A stretch of DNA of 11,883 bases, taken from contig NW_021826647.1 of assembly GCF_006345805.1 (NCBI RefSeq), positions 1 through 11,883 of the forward strand, written 5' to 3'. Below, one piece after another: positions 8,271 to 11,883 of this stretch. Numbering within the stretch: the stretch's first letter is position 1; the number at the start of each line of letters is the position of its first letter. A program made the translations under genes and the position numbers. The notes below the pieces were generated by a model. That model was given only the letters and a program-made list of their open reading frames with translations. It was not told the DNA's origin and did not search any database. This DNA comes from Octopus sinensis. Its lineage: Eukaryota.

Positions 8271-8437
8271 ATATACGACGGGCTTCTTTCCGTTTCCGCC
8301 TGCCAAATATAGTCGCAAGGGTTTGGCCGGCCTGAAGTTATCATAGAAGACGCTTGCCGAAAGTGGCACGCAGTGGGACTGAACCTGGAACCAAGTGGTT
8401 TGGAAGCAAACTCCTTAACAGGCTACTGTTTCGTGCG
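8271..8437 (-). mobile_element. SINE family B, 5' half
   Basis: Homologous to 8110-8270; B-box-like GGTTCAGTCCC on the minus strand. Confidence 0.85.
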
Positions 8438-8570
8438 CGTTCGTTGCATGCTTCCTCATTTATTTGAATCCTTGCTGTACAGCACATGTCTGCCTGCGTG
8501 TATGTACACGGGCGCGTGTATATGCGTGTATATATGTATGTGTGTGCGTCTGGGTGTGTGAGTACATATA

Positions 8571-8750
8571 TAAAGGGAAAGTTTACGAAAATAAACAAAA
8601 CAAAAGACGAAGGCAGGTGGAGTACAAACAAAAAAATGTATTAGTATAGCGCTCAGGAAGAGAAAATGTCTTTTACGTTTCGAGCCTACGCTCTTCGACA
8701 GAAAGATACACAGAAAAAAACAAGGAGAGAAAAAGAGGAGAGAAAAAAGA
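8571..8750 (-). mobile_element. Short (TA)n-embedded repeat, probable Penelope pseudo-LTR fragment
   Basis: ~180-bp non-microsatellite island between TA/TG tracts carrying a hammerhead-like motif; class is inferred. Confidence 0.55.
8669..8706 (-). ncRNA. Minimal type I hammerhead-ribozyme-like motif (A6U variant)
   Basis: Minus strand reads UCUUU CUGUCGA A GAGC-GUAG-GCUC GAA ACGU A AAAGA: 5-bp stem I, 4-bp stem II, palindromic ACGU stem III, GUA site. Confidence 0.6.
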
Positions 8751-8754
8751 TATA

Positions 8755-8801
8755 AAGATATATATAAATACATACATATATATATATACACATACATGCA
8801 T

Positions 8802-8841
<40 letters not shown>

Positions 8842-9190
8842 TTGTATGGGTGTGCGAGCGTTATGTGTGTTTGTTACGTGTTACTTTGTTATTGCTTTTG
8901 TTGTTTTGTGTGTGCATATGTGTATATGTTACTTTTGTGTGTATGGAGACATAAGTTTATATGTGTGTATATATGCTTGCTATATGTGTTTGCATGTAGT
9001 GTTGTTATATGTGTATGGCTACGCGCGTGTTTCCCTGAGATACGAAGGCATATAGTGTATGTGAGTGAGCGTAGTTGTTTGGAGTATACTATCGGTATAT
9101 GCATTGCATATGTGCATGCATGTGTGAGTGTGTGTGTGAGTGCGTGTATTTGTGTGTGTGTGCCTTTGTTTATTTGTACTCGTCTCTCTG
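8755..9190. repeat. (TA)n/(CATA)n followed by a degenerate TG-rich tract
   Basis: Direct reading; explains ORFs between 8842 and 9252. Confidence 0.9.
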
Positions 9191-9474
9191 TGTGAGTCTG
9201 TAGTTATAAGAACCCGTTCCGTGCGCACGCAATTGCGTATGAGTGTGTTCAACGTACACTGATGTAAGATGCAACGAGAATGCTGTTCCCAGTTTGTGTA
9301 TAACGGTTAAAGCTGCCTCTTTACATTTGGAAGCTATAAGAGTCACTTGAGGCTTCATTAGATCATACGATAACTGTTATCTAAATAGTCTCGTGACCAA
9401 AACATTGGCACTGCAACACTTTACTTCAGAAACAATAGCTGCCATGTTTACTACGCTTTTTGCGTGCAATCACC

Positions 9475-9530
<56 letters not shown>

Positions 9531-9860
9531 ACAGGCACACTCACACACACACATATATATATGTATGTATACATGTCACTTTCTATCTATCTATCTATCT
9601 ATTTGTGTTTGTCTCAGTCTTTCTCTTTTCTGTAAATATATGTGTGTGCTTATGCTTGTGTACAAATGTATATTATGTATGTATATATGTATGTATGTAT
9701 GTATGTGTATGTATGTATGTATGTATGTATGTATGTATTCACGTGTGTGTGTGTCTCATTTCTCATCTCTCTCTCTCTCTCTGTCTCTCTCTCTCTCTTA
9801 ATCTCGTTATCTATCAAGATCGCTTTCACTCTCTCTTTCTCTTTTTATTTATCTCTCCGG
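9475..9860. repeat. (CT)n, (TATC)n, (TATG)n, (CT)n microsatellite cluster
   Basis: Direct reading. Confidence 0.95.
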
Positions 9861-9904
9861 CTTCTCTGTAAATATGCTCTTCTGTGAGCTTACGAGTGTG
9901 TACG

Positions 9905-10390
9905 GACTCACACACACATAACTATATATATACAAATATACATATAGACACACTTACATACACATAAATATACACATAGACACACACACATACACACAAA
10001 TATATACAGATACACACATACACTTAGATACACATAAATATACACATAAACACACACACACATACACACAAGTATACACATAGACACACACACACACACA
10101 CACATACACCCATGCATGTGTCTGTGTGATTTATTCCTCACTCTAATTTTCCTCTGGTAGGCATTTCCCCCTCCGTCTTCCACACCACATGCACGCACGC
10201 ACACCACACAACAAACACACGCAACTCACTCACACATACGCACACACATAGATGCAGCACACAGTCACACACACTCGCATTGTCTTCCGATAAATAAATA
10301 CATAAACATGTAAACAGGCGATATGAATATATAAACAAATAAATAAATAAAGTATGATAAATAATATGAATAAATAAACAAAATATATAA
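9905..10390. repeat. Degenerate (CA)n/(TA)n and (TAAA)n tract
   Basis: Direct reading. Confidence 0.9.
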
Positions 10391-10518
10391 AAACTAAAAC
10401 TAGTTTACGTTGAGTGAACATCAGGTTATCATTGTTTTTGTTTCGCTGTTTTTTCCATATTTTTTTTTATTTTTCATTTAGTAATTTCGTAATCGGAGGG
10501 GGGGAGAGACTGAATGAA

Positions 10519-10764
<246 letters not shown>

Positions 10765-10768
10765 CAAC

Positions 10769-10810
10769 TTTCTTTATTGGCCTCACAGGGCTGGACACAG
10801 AGGGGACAAA
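10769..10810 (-). mobile_element. SINE family A 3' tail fragment
   Basis: TTTCTTTATTGGCCTCACAGGGCTGGACACAGAGGGGACAAA aligns with 2648-2690. Confidence 0.7.
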
Positions 10811-10897
10811 TACAAATGTAGAGCTTTTCTTTTCGAAGATGGAAAAAGAAAGAAAAAAAGGAAACAAATGTAAAATTAAGATGAAAAGGGATCGGAA

Positions 10898-10925
10898 GAT
10901 GGATGGATGGATGGATGGATGGATG

Positions 10926-10987
<62 letters not shown>

Positions 10988-11010
10988 GAAAGAGAGAAAG
11001 AGAGAGAGAG
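10898..11010. repeat. (GATG)n(GATA)n(GA)n compound microsatellite
   Basis: Direct reading. Confidence 0.97.
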
Positions 11011-11883
11011 AAGTGAAGGGGAACAGAAAAGGAGAGAATAGCACTCGCTGAATGTTAAGACAGATACGTAAATGTACGTAAATATTTCGCCATGTTTTTT
11101 TCAGTGTTGCGTTGTATATCGGTTCGCTATTGGATGGCTCCAGTACCATATTTGTGTTTTCATGAGAAGTTGGATCCTTTTTCATTTCTGGATAAAGAGA
11201 CACTATGAAAGTCCATACATCTTTTTTACAATGCTGCGTAGTCGAGAGAGTGAGCGAGAGAGAGGGAGGAGAGAGAGACAGACAGACAGATAGCAGAAAT
11301 GTCTGCAGTACTTGAGAAGCGCTAGAAAGTCCCATGAAGAGTATGCGACAAGTTGCCACAGCTGTTTTGCGCCGCCCATTTGGCGTAGCTGATTCTACGT
11401 CGAGTCATATAACATCAGAGCCTTTGTCGAGTCATATAAGATCAGGGAGTGTAGTTTTTAGTCCAGTTAACAACAGACTTATCATCATCACAACTGCTGA
11501 AGCAATCGACAACTAAATATCCTTTAACTTTCTGCTTCACTAAATTTTTATGATGGCTGGTGAAATATTGATGAAACGTGGAAAAGATTTTCCGTACGTC
11601 TTTGACAACGTAGAACTGATACTGAATATAAATGTTGGCGCTTCGAGCAGTAAAATTGGGGTGAGAGAGAGTGTATGTCAGAGTGAGAGAAACAGAGAGA
11701 TTGATAGAAAGAGAATTAATTTAAATGATATAAACACGGCTTTCTTTCTCCCCACCTCTCTCTTCATTAAGATATCTGCATATATGAATGTATATATGTA
11801 TGCAAGTATGTATGTATGCATGTAACTATCTATCTGATTATTTATTTCTATTGTATCTACTTCTTTTTTTTCTTTACTACCCG

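Noticed and set aside
9227-9238. Perfect 12-bp palindrome ACGCAATTGCGT
   Set aside because: Isolated, with no supporting structure; plausible by chance in 12 kb.
11550-11825. 91-aa ORF with a possible GG|GTGAGA donor near 11660
   Set aside because: No in-frame acceptor upstream, no recognisable domain, and it runs into GA repeats.

Overview
Repeat-dominated, AT-rich, non-coding eukaryotic DNA, most likely intronic or intergenic. Roughly half is microsatellite or low-complexity sequence. The tRNA-derived SINE families match, from memory, those of octopus (coleoid cephalopod) genomes; that assignment is an inference. No protein-coding gene is confidently supported, and nearly all ORF-track entries are translations of microsatellites. 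Supported elements are three SINE families (one copy with a perfect 14-bp TSD, one apparently nested pair), a mariner-derived MITE, a probable non-autonomous Helitron carrying a 60-bp hAT-like mini-element, and two unrelated (TA)n-embedded elements with minimal type I hammerhead-ribozyme-like motifs. The most interesting locus is 1146-2353. It is a ~98% identical inverted-plus-tandem repeat (unit ~557 bp) with one hammerhead-like motif per unit, which fits a Penelope pseudo-LTR or retrozyme that could release a 556-nt monomeric or circular RNA. All alignments and folds were done by eye, and no ribozyme activity is demonstrated.
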